Assembly (NCBI GenBank): GCA_041671325.1 | Contig: JBAZBR010000002.1 | Coordinates: 137,978-201,977 of the forward strand | Origin: Patescibacteria group bacterium | GTDB lineage: Bacteria > Patescibacteriota > Patescibacteriia > PEXW01 | DNA: 64,000 nt | Reading direction: 5' to 3' | Part shown: in pieces, positions 38,775 to 48,578 of the stretch | Layout: each line of letters begins with the position of its first letter | How positions within the stretch are numbered: position 1 is the stretch's first letter | The notes under the pieces: model-generated | What the model saw: the letters and a program-made list of their open reading frames with translations, nothing else | The model's database searches: none | Told to the model about the DNA's origin: nothing | Translations under genes and position numbers: made by a program

Positions 38775-39731
38775 ATGGATAATTTCTGGCAAAAACTAAA
38801 AAAGCCGATTTTGGCATTGGCGCCAATGGCCGGGGTAACAGATTCGGCTTTTCGGCTGATGTGTAAACTTGGCGGGGCAGACGTCTTATATACGGAATTT
38901 GTTTCCACCGATGCCATTGTTTATGAAAGCCAGAAGACTTTTAAGATGCTGAAATTTTCTAAAAAGGAAAAACCCTTGGTTGTGCAAATCTTTGGCAAAA
39001 ACCCAGAACATTATTTTAAGAGCGTAAAAGTTTTGAGTGAACTTGGCTATGATGGCATAGATATTAACTTTGGTTGTCCTGCAAATAAAGTGGTGAAAAG
39101 CGGCGGGGGAGTTAAATTAATGCATAATTTATCTTTAGTCAGGGAATTAGTCCAAGCCGCTTGCGAAGGCGGTCAAGTACCAATTTCCTTAAAAGTCAGG
39201 GCCAGTATTGAAGATAAAAAAACCAAGATTAAAGTTACGGCTTTGGACTTGGTGGAAAAGGTCAAAGACCTGCCAATAGCTGCAATAATGGTGCATGGCC
39301 GATCGTATGAACAGCCTTTTGATGGTGAACTTGATGTGTCAGCCATAACTCAGGTAAAAAGGGCTTTTCAGGGTATTGTCTTGGCAAACGGGGGCATTTA
39401 CCGGCCTGAAGACGCCAAAACGCTCCTAGAGCAAACTGGGGCTGATGGGGTGGGTATTGCCAGGGGTGCATGGGGGAAAACCTGGCTTTTTAGCCAAATT
39501 AAGGACTATTTAAAGACTGGGAAATATGAAGAATTTAGCTGGGAAAAGGTTAAAAAACAGATGCTGGAGCATGCTAAATATGCGCTAACAAACAAGGGCG
39601 AACATGGCTTGGTTGAATTAAGAAAGCAATTGGCTTGGTACGTGAAAGGCATGCCGAACGCGGCTAGCCTAAGGTCGCTCTTAGTCAAAACTAGTTCCAT
39701 TGAAGAAATTGAAGCAGTTTTAAAGAATTAA
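38775..39731 (+). CDS. dusB: tRNA-dihydrouridine synthase
   Basis: LAPMAGVTD, DINFGCP and VHGR motifs. Confidence 0.9.
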   Translation: MDNFWQKLKKPILALAPMAGVTDSAFRLMCKLGGADVLYTEFVSTDAIVYESQKTFKMLKFSKKEKPLVVQIFGKNPEHYFKSVKVLSELGYDGIDINFGCPANKVVKSGGGVKLMHNLSLVRELVQAACEGGQVPISLKVRASIEDKKTKIKVTALDLVEKVKDLPIAAIMVHGRSYEQPFDGELDVSAITQVKRAFQGIVLANGGIYRPEDAKTLLEQTGADGVGIARGAWGKTWLFSQIKDYLKTGKYEEFSWEKVKKQMLEHAKYALTNKGEHGLVELRKQLAWYVKGMPNAASLRSLLVKTSSIEEIEAVLKN

Positions 39732-39824
39732 ATTATTTGTTCGAGCAATTTAAACAAAAAATACCAGCCAAATAATAAGCCGGTATTTTTAACAACGTGT
39801 TTTGGTTTATTCAATCAACTGGTT

Positions 39825-40085
39825 TCAACGGATTAATTCATCAGGATCAAAATCAGGATTGCACATTTGACTGTCCCACGTGCTTGGAAGTAATCGGGGA
39901 TAGGGCATGGATTGGTTCTTTTTCCGCCGCCGGTAATATAAACCAAAGACAGAAGCGTTAATTGGGATCAGCATCAGCGACCACCAGTCAGAAATTCCTA
40001 TCACAGGGAGTATAAGTAATGCAATAAAGATTAGACTTGCATTTGCGCTCGCTCCTAACAGCAGGAGTGTTTTAAACTTAAGCAT
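39825..40085 (-). CDS. Small 2-TM protein
   Basis: RBS AAGGAG; own terminator. Confidence 0.6.
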   Translation of the reverse strand: MLKFKTLLLLGASANASLIFIALLILPVIGISDWWSLMLIPINASVFGLYYRRRKKNQSMPYPRLLPSTWDSQMCNPDFDPDELIR

Positions 40086-40207
40086 TTTTTACTCCTTGCT
40101 CTTGAGTCTGGTTTAATGAACAACGGTAATAATCTATATTAAACCCTGCAAAAAAGCAAGGTATAGCCAATAATCTAATAGAAATTTAAGAAATCTTAAA
40201 AAAACAA

Positions 40208-40735
40208 TCAGCCATTTTTTTGTCCGAAGATATATTTATAGATAGGAATGGATTTTTCCGTGGGTTTGTCTTTGGCTTCTAATTTCCAATCGGGGATAGA
40301 AAAAGTGTAAGAAACAATTCGGGTGCCTGGCTGGCACTCTTTTTCAAATTTTATTTTAAGTTTTTTCATGGCTGGAGCTGTGAGAAAACAAAAAATAACA
40401 TTGGCTTGGGAAAAGTCGGCTTTATAAAAATCCTTAAACTTAAATTTCACCCTGGGTTTAAGTTTTCTAACCCTAAACCAACCAAAAATATAAGGCAGGA
40501 CAGAAATTTCAAAACCAATAATGCTTTTGGCTTTGGTCTTGGCAAATTCGGGTAAGAGCCTGGCATCACCTGCGCCCAGTTCAAAGATGGTTTCATCCTC
40601 CTTTAAATCAACAAAGTCCAAAATTCGTTGGTAATCATATTGCCATGTGGGAACCCAAGGTGCACCCTTGAATACTGCCCAAGCCGCACTGCCAACGATA
40701 ATTATGAAAATAACAATAAATAGGTAAAGCAGCAT
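40208..40735 (-). CDS. Membrane-anchored class I SAM methyltransferase
   Basis: APWVPT and ELGAGDAR motifs. Confidence 0.85.
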   Translation of the reverse strand: MLLYLFIVIFIIIVGSAAWAVFKGAPWVPTWQYDYQRILDFVDLKEDETIFELGAGDARLLPEFAKTKAKSIIGFEISVLPYIFGWFRVRKLKPRVKFKFKDFYKADFSQANVIFCFLTAPAMKKLKIKFEKECQPGTRIVSYTFSIPDWKLEAKDKPTEKSIPIYKYIFGQKNG

Positions 40736-41268
40736 GTGAGAATTTTAGCATATATTTTCCCCTCACCCTCCAACCCCTCTCCGACAAAGGTGAGAGGGAG
40801 GTAAGTAGTTTTTTCTGTCATTGCGAAGGAGTGCCTGCCCGCCATCGTTTGTCTCAGGCGTTGCAGGCGGGAAACGATCGACCTGTCCGCCGTACTCGCT
40901 TGTCGAGGCAGGCGGGAGCAATCTGGTCTTCAATAAAACGAAAGATTGCCACGTCGTCCCGCCCCCGCGGCCGCGGGGGCGGGACTCCTCGCACTGACAA
41001 ATGTGAAAATTTACATTGTGCGGAAAAAAAGGGAACCATCCAAGGTTCCTTTAATAAAAAACCATCACAAGGAAGCTCGAACATCAAGCTTGGCTTGTGT
41101 GAGAGCTGACGAAGTGAGTCTTTGATGGGAAAGGGGGAGTACGGGAGGGGGAAACCGAAGGTGTCCCACCCCGAGATAATCAAAAACTTGACTCCCTATT
41201 TGAAGTCAAGTTTTTGGGTTAACCTCTTAATTAAGTTATTAGCTTTTAAAAGCTTTTGAGGTTTGTTT

Positions 41269-41721
41269 TTATTTTACTAACGCATTAGCGACGCCTTCGA
41301 CGCTAAAGTCTCCTGAACCAGCTGTTTTGGTGATATTAACATATATCGCTCCGCCCCAGCTTGCTGGAATGCTCTTGCCAGCGCAAGTTGAAACCTTGCT
41401 GTTCAAGTCCTGTAATTTTGTGGCATCATATTTAGCTACAATGTCAGTGACTTTTTGAGTAGCAGTCTTTTTAGCATCGGCTAAAACGCTGATGTTATCA
41501 GATTGGACAAAAGCGGTTAAGCAGCCATTGCTTGCAGCCCAGGCGCCATTGGTATAAATGGAAGCGGTCATCTCCTTGTCTTTTTTAGTAAAAGAGGCAA
41601 GATTTTGGCCATAACCATCCGTAGCATTGCCTATTGTCCAGACAAAAAAGATGCCAAGGAAAAATACAAAGATAAAGGTCAAAACTAAGGCAACCGGCGT
41701 TCCATATTGCATTTTTTCCAT
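41269..41721 (-). CDS. Hypothetical single-TM protein
   Basis: RBS AAAGGAGGTGA; N-terminal TM. Confidence 0.7.
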   Translation of the reverse strand: MEKMQYGTPVALVLTFIFVFFLGIFFVWTIGNATDGYGQNLASFTKKDKEMTASIYTNGAWAASNGCLTAFVQSDNISVLADAKKTATQKVTDIVAKYDATKLQDLNSKVSTCAGKSIPASWGGAIYVNITKTAGSGDFSVEGVANALVK

Positions 41722-41759
41722 AATTCTCACCTCCTTTCTTAGATTAAAACAAATAGTTA

Positions 41760-42716
41760 TTATTTTTGCTTTTGTTTGGCTTCTTGTTCAGGAAGCTCAA
41801 CTAGATTATCGACAATTATCCGTAAATCTTCAAGCATGACTTCAGACACGCTATCATCGCCTTTGCCGGCCTCTACTTGCGTCAGGTGGACCCGCGAACC
41901 AGCTTCATCCATGATATCAATTGCCTTATCGGGGAAAACCCTTTCTCTTAGGTGTTTGTGGGCCAGCAAGACAATTGCTTCGAGAATTTCATCGGAATAT
42001 TTTACGTGATGATAGCTTTCGTATTTGGGCCTTAAGCCCTTCAAAATTTCTAAAGTCTGGTTGGTGTCCGGTTCTTCAATAATTACCGGTTGAAAACGCC
42101 TTTCCAAGGTTTGATCTTTTTCAACATACTTTTGGTATTCTTCCATGGTCGTGGCGCCAACGACCTGGAGTTCGCCGCGGGCTAAAGCTGGCTTTAAAAT
42201 ATCAGCGGCATCAATTGCGCCGGTGGCTTCGCCGGCTTCGGCTAAAGTGTGGATCTCATCAATAAAGAGGATGATATGCCTTTGGGCGGCAATGATTTCA
42301 TCAACTAAAGCTTTCAGCCTTTTTTCAAATTCCCCGCGATATTTCGTGCCAGCCACCAAGCCAGATAGATCCAAAGCTAAAACCCTTTTATTCTTTAAAT
42401 TTTCCGGGACGTTACTATTGGCTAATTCATTAGCCAGTTCTTCCACTATTGCAGTTTTGCCGACTCCCGATTTGCCAATCAGGACAGGATTGTTTTTTGT
42501 CCGGCGAGATAAAATTTCAATGACTCGGTAGATTTCATGCTTACGGCCAATGACAGGATCCAGTTTTCCGCTTTTTGCCAAGGCTGTTAAATCTTTGGAA
42601 TAAAGCTCCAGGATTTTTCCAGAGCTAATCATACTGCCTTCATTTTGTTTTTTTAGCAGAACTATTGTCACCGCGATGACTGCGGCAACAATAACGCCGA
42701 TGATCGTGGTATTCAT
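41760..42716 (-). CDS. ClpA/B/C-type ATPase, first AAA+ domain only, with N-terminal TM
   Basis: [28 protein letters not shown] and PDKAID motifs. Confidence 0.9.
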   Translation of the reverse strand: MNTTIIGVIVAAVIAVTIVLLKKQNEGSMISSGKILELYSKDLTALAKSGKLDPVIGRKHEIYRVIEILSRRTKNNPVLIGKSGVGKTAIVEELANELANSNVPENLKNKRVLALDLSGLVAGTKYRGEFEKRLKALVDEIIAAQRHIILFIDEIHTLAEAGEATGAIDAADILKPALARGELQVVGATTMEEYQKYVEKDQTLERRFQPVIIEEPDTNQTLEILKGLRPKYESYHHVKYSDEILEAIVLLAHKHLRERVFPDKAIDIMDEAGSRVHLTQVEAGKGDDSVSEVMLEDLRIIVDNLVELPEQEAKQKQK

Positions 42717-42868
42717 GTTTTTATTTTCCAAACCATGGAAAAAACCGTGAAAGCCAATACACCGCTGCTCATAATAACTATAACGGCAATTTTATAACCA
42801 GTTGCCAGTCTTAGCTCGTAATCAGTCCTAGTTTTTACTTTGGTTTTAAACTTTGACATATATTAATA

Positions 42869-43804
42869 TTATATCCAACGCATTTTTTTAAAGATAGCCA
42901 CTGCGCCAGCGCCAATTATGGCCAGGACAGCAAGTAAAGCGTAGAAACCATATGGGGTTTCAACTAAAGGCGTATGCGGTAGGCGGGCGGTAAAAATGCC
43001 TACCGCCAAAGTCAGAGTGAAAATTATGACAGAAATAGTGGTGTAGGTTTTCATAATGTCGTTCAAGCGGAAAGAGATCAGTGATTCATTAGTGGCTTGC
43101 AAAGCTTCTATGGCCTCCCGAAAAGCTTCCAAGTTGTCCCAAATTTCCTTGGACTTTTCTACGGCATTGTTAATCACTTCATCGCTTTGCGGATCTTGAC
43201 TGATTTTTAATAAGCGGTTGGCAACATTTAGCTTTTTAATGCTGTTTTTGTGGGCTTGCATGGTTTTCCGGAAATCCACAATATTCCTGCGGGTTATCAG
43301 AATTTCCTGGACCATTTCCTTTTCCCGACCGCGGAAAATCAGCTTTTCAATGGAATGCAAATCCATGGAAACATGGTCTAACATTGGCATGCAGGCATTC
43401 AATTGCTGGGTAATTACTTCGATGAGCATGCTTAAGATGTTGCATTTGCCGTTTGAGCCTGAGTGATTGTGGGCTTTAAAATCATTGAAAATTTTATCGA
43501 CAATCGGCAGGCGGTTATCATGGACGGTAATTAAATAATCCTGGCTGATGAAAAAATCAATTTCCGAAGATTCAATTTCCCTGGTTTTGCGGTTGTAGAT
43601 TGGGAAAAGCAAAACCAAAAAAGCATAGCGATCATAAATCTCGAGCTTGGGTCTTTGGCCAGTATTAATGCACTCCTTGATATCCAAAGCGTGGAAGTAC
43701 GGAAAATTTTCCCTTAAGAATTTTACCTCTTGGGTATCTTCAGCGGTTGCACCAGTAATATTGAGCCATCGGCAAGATGGAGTCTTAGCTTCAGTTATGG
43801 GCAT
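42869..43804 (-). CDS. corA: CorA-family divalent cation transporter
   Basis: QRPKLE, LITVHD and LNDIMK motifs plus 2 TM; GMN replaced by TAR. Confidence 0.85.
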   Translation of the reverse strand: MPITEAKTPSCRWLNITGATAEDTQEVKFLRENFPYFHALDIKECINTGQRPKLEIYDRYAFLVLLFPIYNRKTREIESSEIDFFISQDYLITVHDNRLPIVDKIFNDFKAHNHSGSNGKCNILSMLIEVITQQLNACMPMLDHVSMDLHSIEKLIFRGREKEMVQEILITRRNIVDFRKTMQAHKNSIKKLNVANRLLKISQDPQSDEVINNAVEKSKEIWDNLEAFREAIEALQATNESLISFRLNDIMKTYTTISVIIFTLTLAVGIFTARLPHTPLVETPYGFYALLAVLAIIGAGAVAIFKKMRWI

Positions 43805-44090
43805 ATTGGATAGTTTTTATTTTCTTTGATTTTTGCTTATTTGATTATATTCTAGCACGATTTGGGATTTTATGCAAGTTTTTGTCTTAATAAAGTATTT
43901 CCCAAGGACAAGCCTTGAAAATATCAGTTTACGCCGAGATATTTATTAGAAGGCAAGGCAATGTGCGTTAACTTTTGTTGCCTGTGTCGCTCTAATTCTA
44001 AACAACGAAACGAGATTCGAATTCTTGCTATCCTCGGCAATAAAAAACTCCGGCGCTTTCGCAACCGGAGTTTCAAAGAAATAGGGATTT

Positions 44091-44600
44091 TCAGGAATTT
44101 AACCAGGAATCCCCCCATAGATTTAGCAAAGGATTAAACCAGGAATCCAGTAGGTTATTAAACCAGGAATCCCGGTAGGTTCTGACAATCACCTTGATAG
44201 TATCAGCTCCAGCGAATTGATTATCACCGGTCCAGGCCCAGCTTGTGATGCATGAAATTTCATAAGTTCCGTTCGCTGGGTTTCCGAAGTTAAAAATATA
44301 CATGGACCCGTCGTAAGATATTGGTTTACCATCAACCAACCAAGATACGCTTGCTACACGGGTGTCGTATCGCCGCGGTGAATCGTATCGCAGGGTCAGA
44401 CCGCCTCCTGAGCTAGGCAGATTAATGACGTCATTATTATCAAGAGCCTGAACCGTCCCGTTGGTTAAGACTCGATACAGTCCACCACTAGTCGGCTGGT
44501 TGCTATTTTCCCAGACATTACTGCTGTGGAAATGAAAGCTACCACAGCCGGCAAAAGCCATCAGGCAGATTGCCGCCAAGAGTATGCTTAACGTTTTCAT
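44091..44600 (-). CDS. Putative lipoprotein
   Basis: AGGAGG RBS, lipobox FAGC. Confidence 0.7.
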   Translation of the reverse strand: MKTLSILLAAICLMAFAGCGSFHFHSSNVWENSNQPTSGGLYRVLTNGTVQALDNNDVINLPSSGGGLTLRYDSPRRYDTRVASVSWLVDGKPISYDGSMYIFNFGNPANGTYEISCITSWAWTGDNQFAGADTIKVIVRTYRDSWFNNLLDSWFNPLLNLWGDSWLNS

Positions 44601-44601
44601 T

Positions 44602-45012
44602 TCAACAACCTCCTGAAATATCCACCACAATCGTGGTATCATTTTTTCCAACCAGATATGGCCCAAAAGAAAACGGGCCATAAGCGATTAAGATATCAAC
44701 AGTTTCAACCCGATCTGGCACCCTGAGCAAGAGGGCGCTGTTGACTATATCTTGTGGGTACGAAGCCGGCTGTCCCACCGAAGAATTAGCATGAATAGTA
44801 GCTATTCCACCGCACAGATTCTTACCAGATTTGGTTTCAAAGGTGACTGTAAACCAGGTATAGGTTGTTTCACCCACGCCCTTGCCGCGGATATCGATAT
44901 CCGCACTGACTCGGCTGATGATATTTTCTGGTTGCTTAAGATAGCCGTTTCCACAGCTATTCAAAAAGCCCAGGGCAAAAACGCCTATCAAAATGACAAA
45001 GATCGCTTTCAT
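44602..45012 (-). CDS. Putative lipoprotein
   Basis: Lipobox-like LNSC; TTGACA upstream near 45085. Confidence 0.7.
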   Translation of the reverse strand: MKAIFVILIGVFALGFLNSCGNGYLKQPENIISRVSADIDIRGKGVGETTYTWFTVTFETKSGKNLCGGIATIHANSSVGQPASYPQDIVNSALLLRVPDRVETVDILIAYGPFSFGPYLVGKNDTTIVVDISGGC

Positions 45013-45158
45013 GTTTTATATCCTTTGTTTTTGGTTTTGTTCTTGTTTAACAGCGTTGAAACTTAACAAAAGCCAGTCTTTTTGTCAACCCCCGCTTGAC
45101 CTATTTTTGTTGAAATGTTAATTTAAACCCATCAAACAAACCGTTTAATTAAACAAAT

Positions 45159-45833
45159 ATGACAGACCAAAACACAGACCCAATTTTGCAAGTTAGACAA
45201 TTGCTGGCCGAGGCCAAAGCCTCAATCCAATCCGCCGAGCAGATTTTAGGCGAGAATTCGGAATTGCCAGGCAAAAAAATTAACCTTAATGCCCAGGCCC
45301 GGAAAGAAGGCTCGGTTTCGGTTGACGGCGAGAACCGGGTGATTGAAGGAATTTTTGACGGCCAACACATGGTTGGGCCAGATGGCAAGCAATATTCTGT
45401 GCCGGCCAATTACGCTTCCAAATCAAAACTTATTGAAGGCGATAAATTAAAACTCACCATTACTCCGGATGGCGCCTTTATCTATAAACAAATCGGCCCA
45501 ATTGACAGGGTCAGGGTGGTTGGCAAATTAGTCAGGGATGATCAAACTGATGAATTCCAGGTTGTTGCCAATGGTGTGCCTTACCGGGTGCTGTTAGCCA
45601 GCATAACTTATTTCAAGGGCGAAGCTGGTGATGACGTGGTCATAATGCTGCCGAAAGACAGCCAAGCGAAATTTGCGGCAGTTGAAAACATAATCAAAAA
45701 AGTCCCAGGCCAAGAACCGGTTGAGGCAGTCCAAACTGAAATCGTTGAAGGCGAGACGGGTGATATTTTGCCAAATATTAATGCTGATCAGGTTGAAACG
45801 CCCGAAGTCCAGGATAAAATTGACGAAATTTAA
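45159..45833 (+). CDS. Conserved hypothetical protein
   Basis: IEGIFDG..YSVPANYASKSKL motif; I recognise the family from CPR genomes, function unknown. Confidence 0.75.
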   Translation: MTDQNTDPILQVRQLLAEAKASIQSAEQILGENSELPGKKINLNAQARKEGSVSVDGENRVIEGIFDGQHMVGPDGKQYSVPANYASKSKLIEGDKLKLTITPDGAFIYKQIGPIDRVRVVGKLVRDDQTDEFQVVANGVPYRVLLASITYFKGEAGDDVVIMLPKDSQAKFAAVENIIKKVPGQEPVEAVQTEIVEGETGDILPNINADQVETPEVQDKIDEI

Positions 45834-45836
45834 CGC

Positions 45837-46223
45837 TTATTGTTTTTTTTTCCGGCGGCTTTTCACCCGTTCGGTAATTAGCCAGAAAATTAAAACTGTG
45901 CCGCTGATAATCGGTAAGTCTTGTGGTATATGATAGCCATGGCCATTTCCCCAAAAAGAAGCTACACAGGTTATAATTATTAAAGTCAAAAGCCATAATA
46001 AGACAAACAATTCACCCCGTTGATTGCGGCTGGTGTATTTTTGGTTAAGCCGTAAAATTTCCTTGTCGCCCACATATGCGCCGACTAGGGTTATATAAAG
46101 AGTGGATGCTAAAACTGAAACCTTGAATTGGCCTTTAGAAAAGAATTCAGCCGCCATCCATACCCAAACAAAAAAGGTGTAGATGTCTAAAAGTAGGATA
46201 AAGGCTTTAACTCGGTGTAACAT
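45837..46223 (-). CDS. 4-TM membrane protein
   Basis: Hydrophobic 128-aa ORF. Confidence 0.7.
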   Translation of the reverse strand: MLHRVKAFILLLDIYTFFVWVWMAAEFFSKGQFKVSVLASTLYITLVGAYVGDKEILRLNQKYTSRNQRGELFVLLWLLTLIIITCVASFWGNGHGYHIPQDLPIISGTVLIFWLITERVKSRRKKKQ

Positions 46224-46356
46224 AGTGAGTGTTTAAGGTTATTTAAATTATAGCAGATTTGTATGAGAATCTAATAAACTAATACCAATTTGACATGAGT
46301 TTGTAAGATATTTATAATAGTTTTGTATTAATATTAAAGCTTTAATCATTAAACAT

Positions 46357-46971
46357 ATGCCAAAAACCTTTATTACCCCGCCACTTCCTTATGACTATAA
46401 TGCCTTAGAGCCTTATATTGATGAAGAAACCATGCATTTTCACCATGATAAGCACCATGTGGCTTATACCACAAAATTCAATCTGGCTCTGGAAAAACAC
46501 CCAGATTGGTTGAAAAAAGATGCTGAGGATATTTTAAAGAAACTTGATGAAGTTCCAGAAAGCATCAGGCCGCAAGTCCGGAATTTTGGCGGCGGGCACG
46601 TAAACCATTCCATGTTTTGGGAAATCATTGGTCCAAATGCGGGCGGCAAACCAGAAGCAGAACTTTTAGAAGTGATCGAAAAAAGCTTTGGGAGCTTTGA
46701 AAAATTCCAGGCAGAGTTTGAAAATGCGGCTAATACCCAATTTGGCTCGGGCTGGGCCTGGTTAAGTTATTTCAATGGCAAATTAATCGTTGAAAAAACC
46801 GCAAATCAAGACTCGCCCTTATCAATGGGCCATACACCCTTATTATTACTGGATGTTTGGGAACATGCTTATTATTTGAAGTACAAGAATATGCGCCAAG
46901 ATTACGTCCACAATTTCTGGCAAGTGGTGAACTGGAAAAAGGTTGAAGAAAAATTCTTAAAAATTAGCTAA
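46357..46971 (+). CDS. sodA: Fe/Mn superoxide dismutase
   Basis: HHDKHH, NHSMFW and DVWEHAYY motifs. Confidence 0.95.
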   Translation: MPKTFITPPLPYDYNALEPYIDEETMHFHHDKHHVAYTTKFNLALEKHPDWLKKDAEDILKKLDEVPESIRPQVRNFGGGHVNHSMFWEIIGPNAGGKPEAELLEVIEKSFGSFEKFQAEFENAANTQFGSGWAWLSYFNGKLIVEKTANQDSPLSMGHTPLLLLDVWEHAYYLKYKNMRQDYVHNFWQVVNWKKVEEKFLKIS

Positions 46972-47103
46972 TTCGCTCTTTTCAGAAAAAAGCAAAAGGC
47001 CTCGTAGTACAACGGGGCTTTTTGCCTCTATTTAAAGTTATCCACAAATTCATTATTGACAGCATTATTAAACTTGATAATATATTTTCATTCTCTTTAC
47101 AAA

Positions 47104-47298
47104 GTTGCTGAATATCTCCGGAGAAATAGGGGGAGGCCATAAAGGTTGGATTCGGCGGGAAACGACGGTAATTAGCTAGCGGCAGGGGCAACATATGGCC
47201 TCTTTGCGCAAACCGTTGGTTGAAAGGCCGTATACTCCATTGCATTGGGGGAATGTGCCGATTCATGCGAACCTGGCGACGCCTATTTTTTCAGCAAC
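47104..47298 (+). ncRNA. ~195-nt rod-like ncRNA, 6S RNA candidate
   Basis: Ends pair (GTTGCTGAA/TTCAGCAAC, GAAATAGG/CCTATTTT); internal pairs GCCA/TGGC, TCGGC/GCCGA, GACGGT/ACCGTT; TTGACA upstream and terminator downstream. Confidence 0.55.
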
Positions 47299-47336
47299 AA
47301 CATTGGCCGATTGGATTAAATCCTTTCGGCCTTTTT

Positions 47337-47849
47337 TTAATTAGAAAATAATTTGATGGTCTTAAGAATTTCTTCCGGAATACCCTTGATGCATTTATGG
47401 TTTTTCAGTTCCTCGGCGTTGACCCAGGCAAAATCCGTAAATGAGCCAGGTTCGGGCTTAACTTCACCAGATTTATATTTAGCGGCAAACTTAATAAAAG
47501 CCACGGGGATTTCATCAGGCCTGATAAAAACCATGCTGTTGATGTATCGCAAGCCACCCTGAATTTCAATGCCGGCCTCCTCTTTAACTTCACGTTGCAA
47601 TAAATTTTCTATGGCATTTTCAAAATCTAAGACTTCGCCGTTTAATCTGGTTGGCTTGGCTAAGTCAAAATCAGCCCATTCCAATTTTCCGCCTGGCACG
47701 GCATAAACGCCGGGGTGGACTTTTTCCCTTTCATCCCTTTTTAAAATCAGACAGCGCTTATCCGATTCCCGGAATATGACCACATTGGCCACGAAATAAA
47801 ACAGCTTTTCAATTTTTGCGTTTTCAATACTGATTTTTTTAGCAGGCAT
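47337..47849 (-). CDS. NUDIX hydrolase
   Basis: PGGKLE...LQREVKEEAGI. Confidence 0.9.
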   Translation of the reverse strand: MPAKKISIENAKIEKLFYFVANVVIFRESDKRCLILKRDEREKVHPGVYAVPGGKLEWADFDLAKPTRLNGEVLDFENAIENLLQREVKEEAGIEIQGGLRYINSMVFIRPDEIPVAFIKFAAKYKSGEVKPEPGSFTDFAWVNAEELKNHKCIKGIPEEILKTIKLFSN

Positions 47850-47861
47850 ATAATTATTTAA

Positions 47862-48578
47862 TTATTTATGAAAAATTGAAATTAAGTTATAACCTTTTAT
47901 CCAGCTAGTTTGTTTGCCTTTGATATTTGTGAACTGTTTTATGGTTTGTAAACCACAAAAATCGCCTAGTTTTTTTAATTCAGGATAAGTAAAAGCATGA
48001 AGAAACCTTTTTCCCATAACTTCTTCTTTGCTATTGCGCCAAGGTCGGAAAATATCCCTGTAATCTATTGGCAAACCCACAAAGATTTTTTTCAAAGCAA
48101 TTTTAATATGTAGCCTCCACCAGGAGTATTGCCACAGGTTCCAATTTAACATTAACAAATAACCATTGGGTTTTAAAACCCTGGACATTTCTTGCATAGC
48201 CTTTAATCGAAATTCCTTGGAGGGAATGTGGTGCAAGGTAGCAATGCAAACCACAACTTCAAAAGTCTGGTCAGGATAGGGTAAATCCAAAATTGTTCCA
48301 ACCTGGAAATTCTGGCCAGGATTTTTTTGCTTGGCGATTTTGATTAGTTCTTCACTGAAGTCTATGCCTTGATATTGAATATTTTTATTAGGCAGTGCTT
48401 CATAAAATCGGCCATTACCGCAGCCCGCATCTAAGACCTGATCATATTCTTTGATATATTTCAAAAAAACTTCAACATCCAGCCAATTAAATTTTCGGGT
48501 TTCGGAAAATTGTTGGGCAATAAGGTTGTAGACCTGATGATTTGATGCTATGGTTTTTTCAGCGAAATTTTTATCCAT
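47862..48578 (-). CDS. SAM methyltransferase, Trm9/ALKBH8-like
   Basis: VYNLIAQQFSETR, DAGCGNGR and IATLHHI motifs. Confidence 0.8.
   Translation of the reverse strand: MDKNFAEKTIASNHQVYNLIAQQFSETRKFNWLDVEVFLKYIKEYDQVLDAGCGNGRFYEALPNKNIQYQGIDFSEELIKIAKQKNPGQNFQVGTILDLPYPDQTFEVVVCIATLHHIPSKEFRLKAMQEMSRVLKPNGYLLMLNWNLWQYSWWRLHIKIALKKIFVGLPIDYRDIFRPWRNSKEEVMGKRFLHAFTYPELKKLGDFCGLQTIKQFTNIKGKQTSWIKGYNLISIFHK

Noticed and set aside
47104-47298. RNase P RNA, SRP RNA or tmRNA
   Set aside because: No GAGGAAAGTCC, no SRP domain IV motif and no tRNA-Ala-like ends
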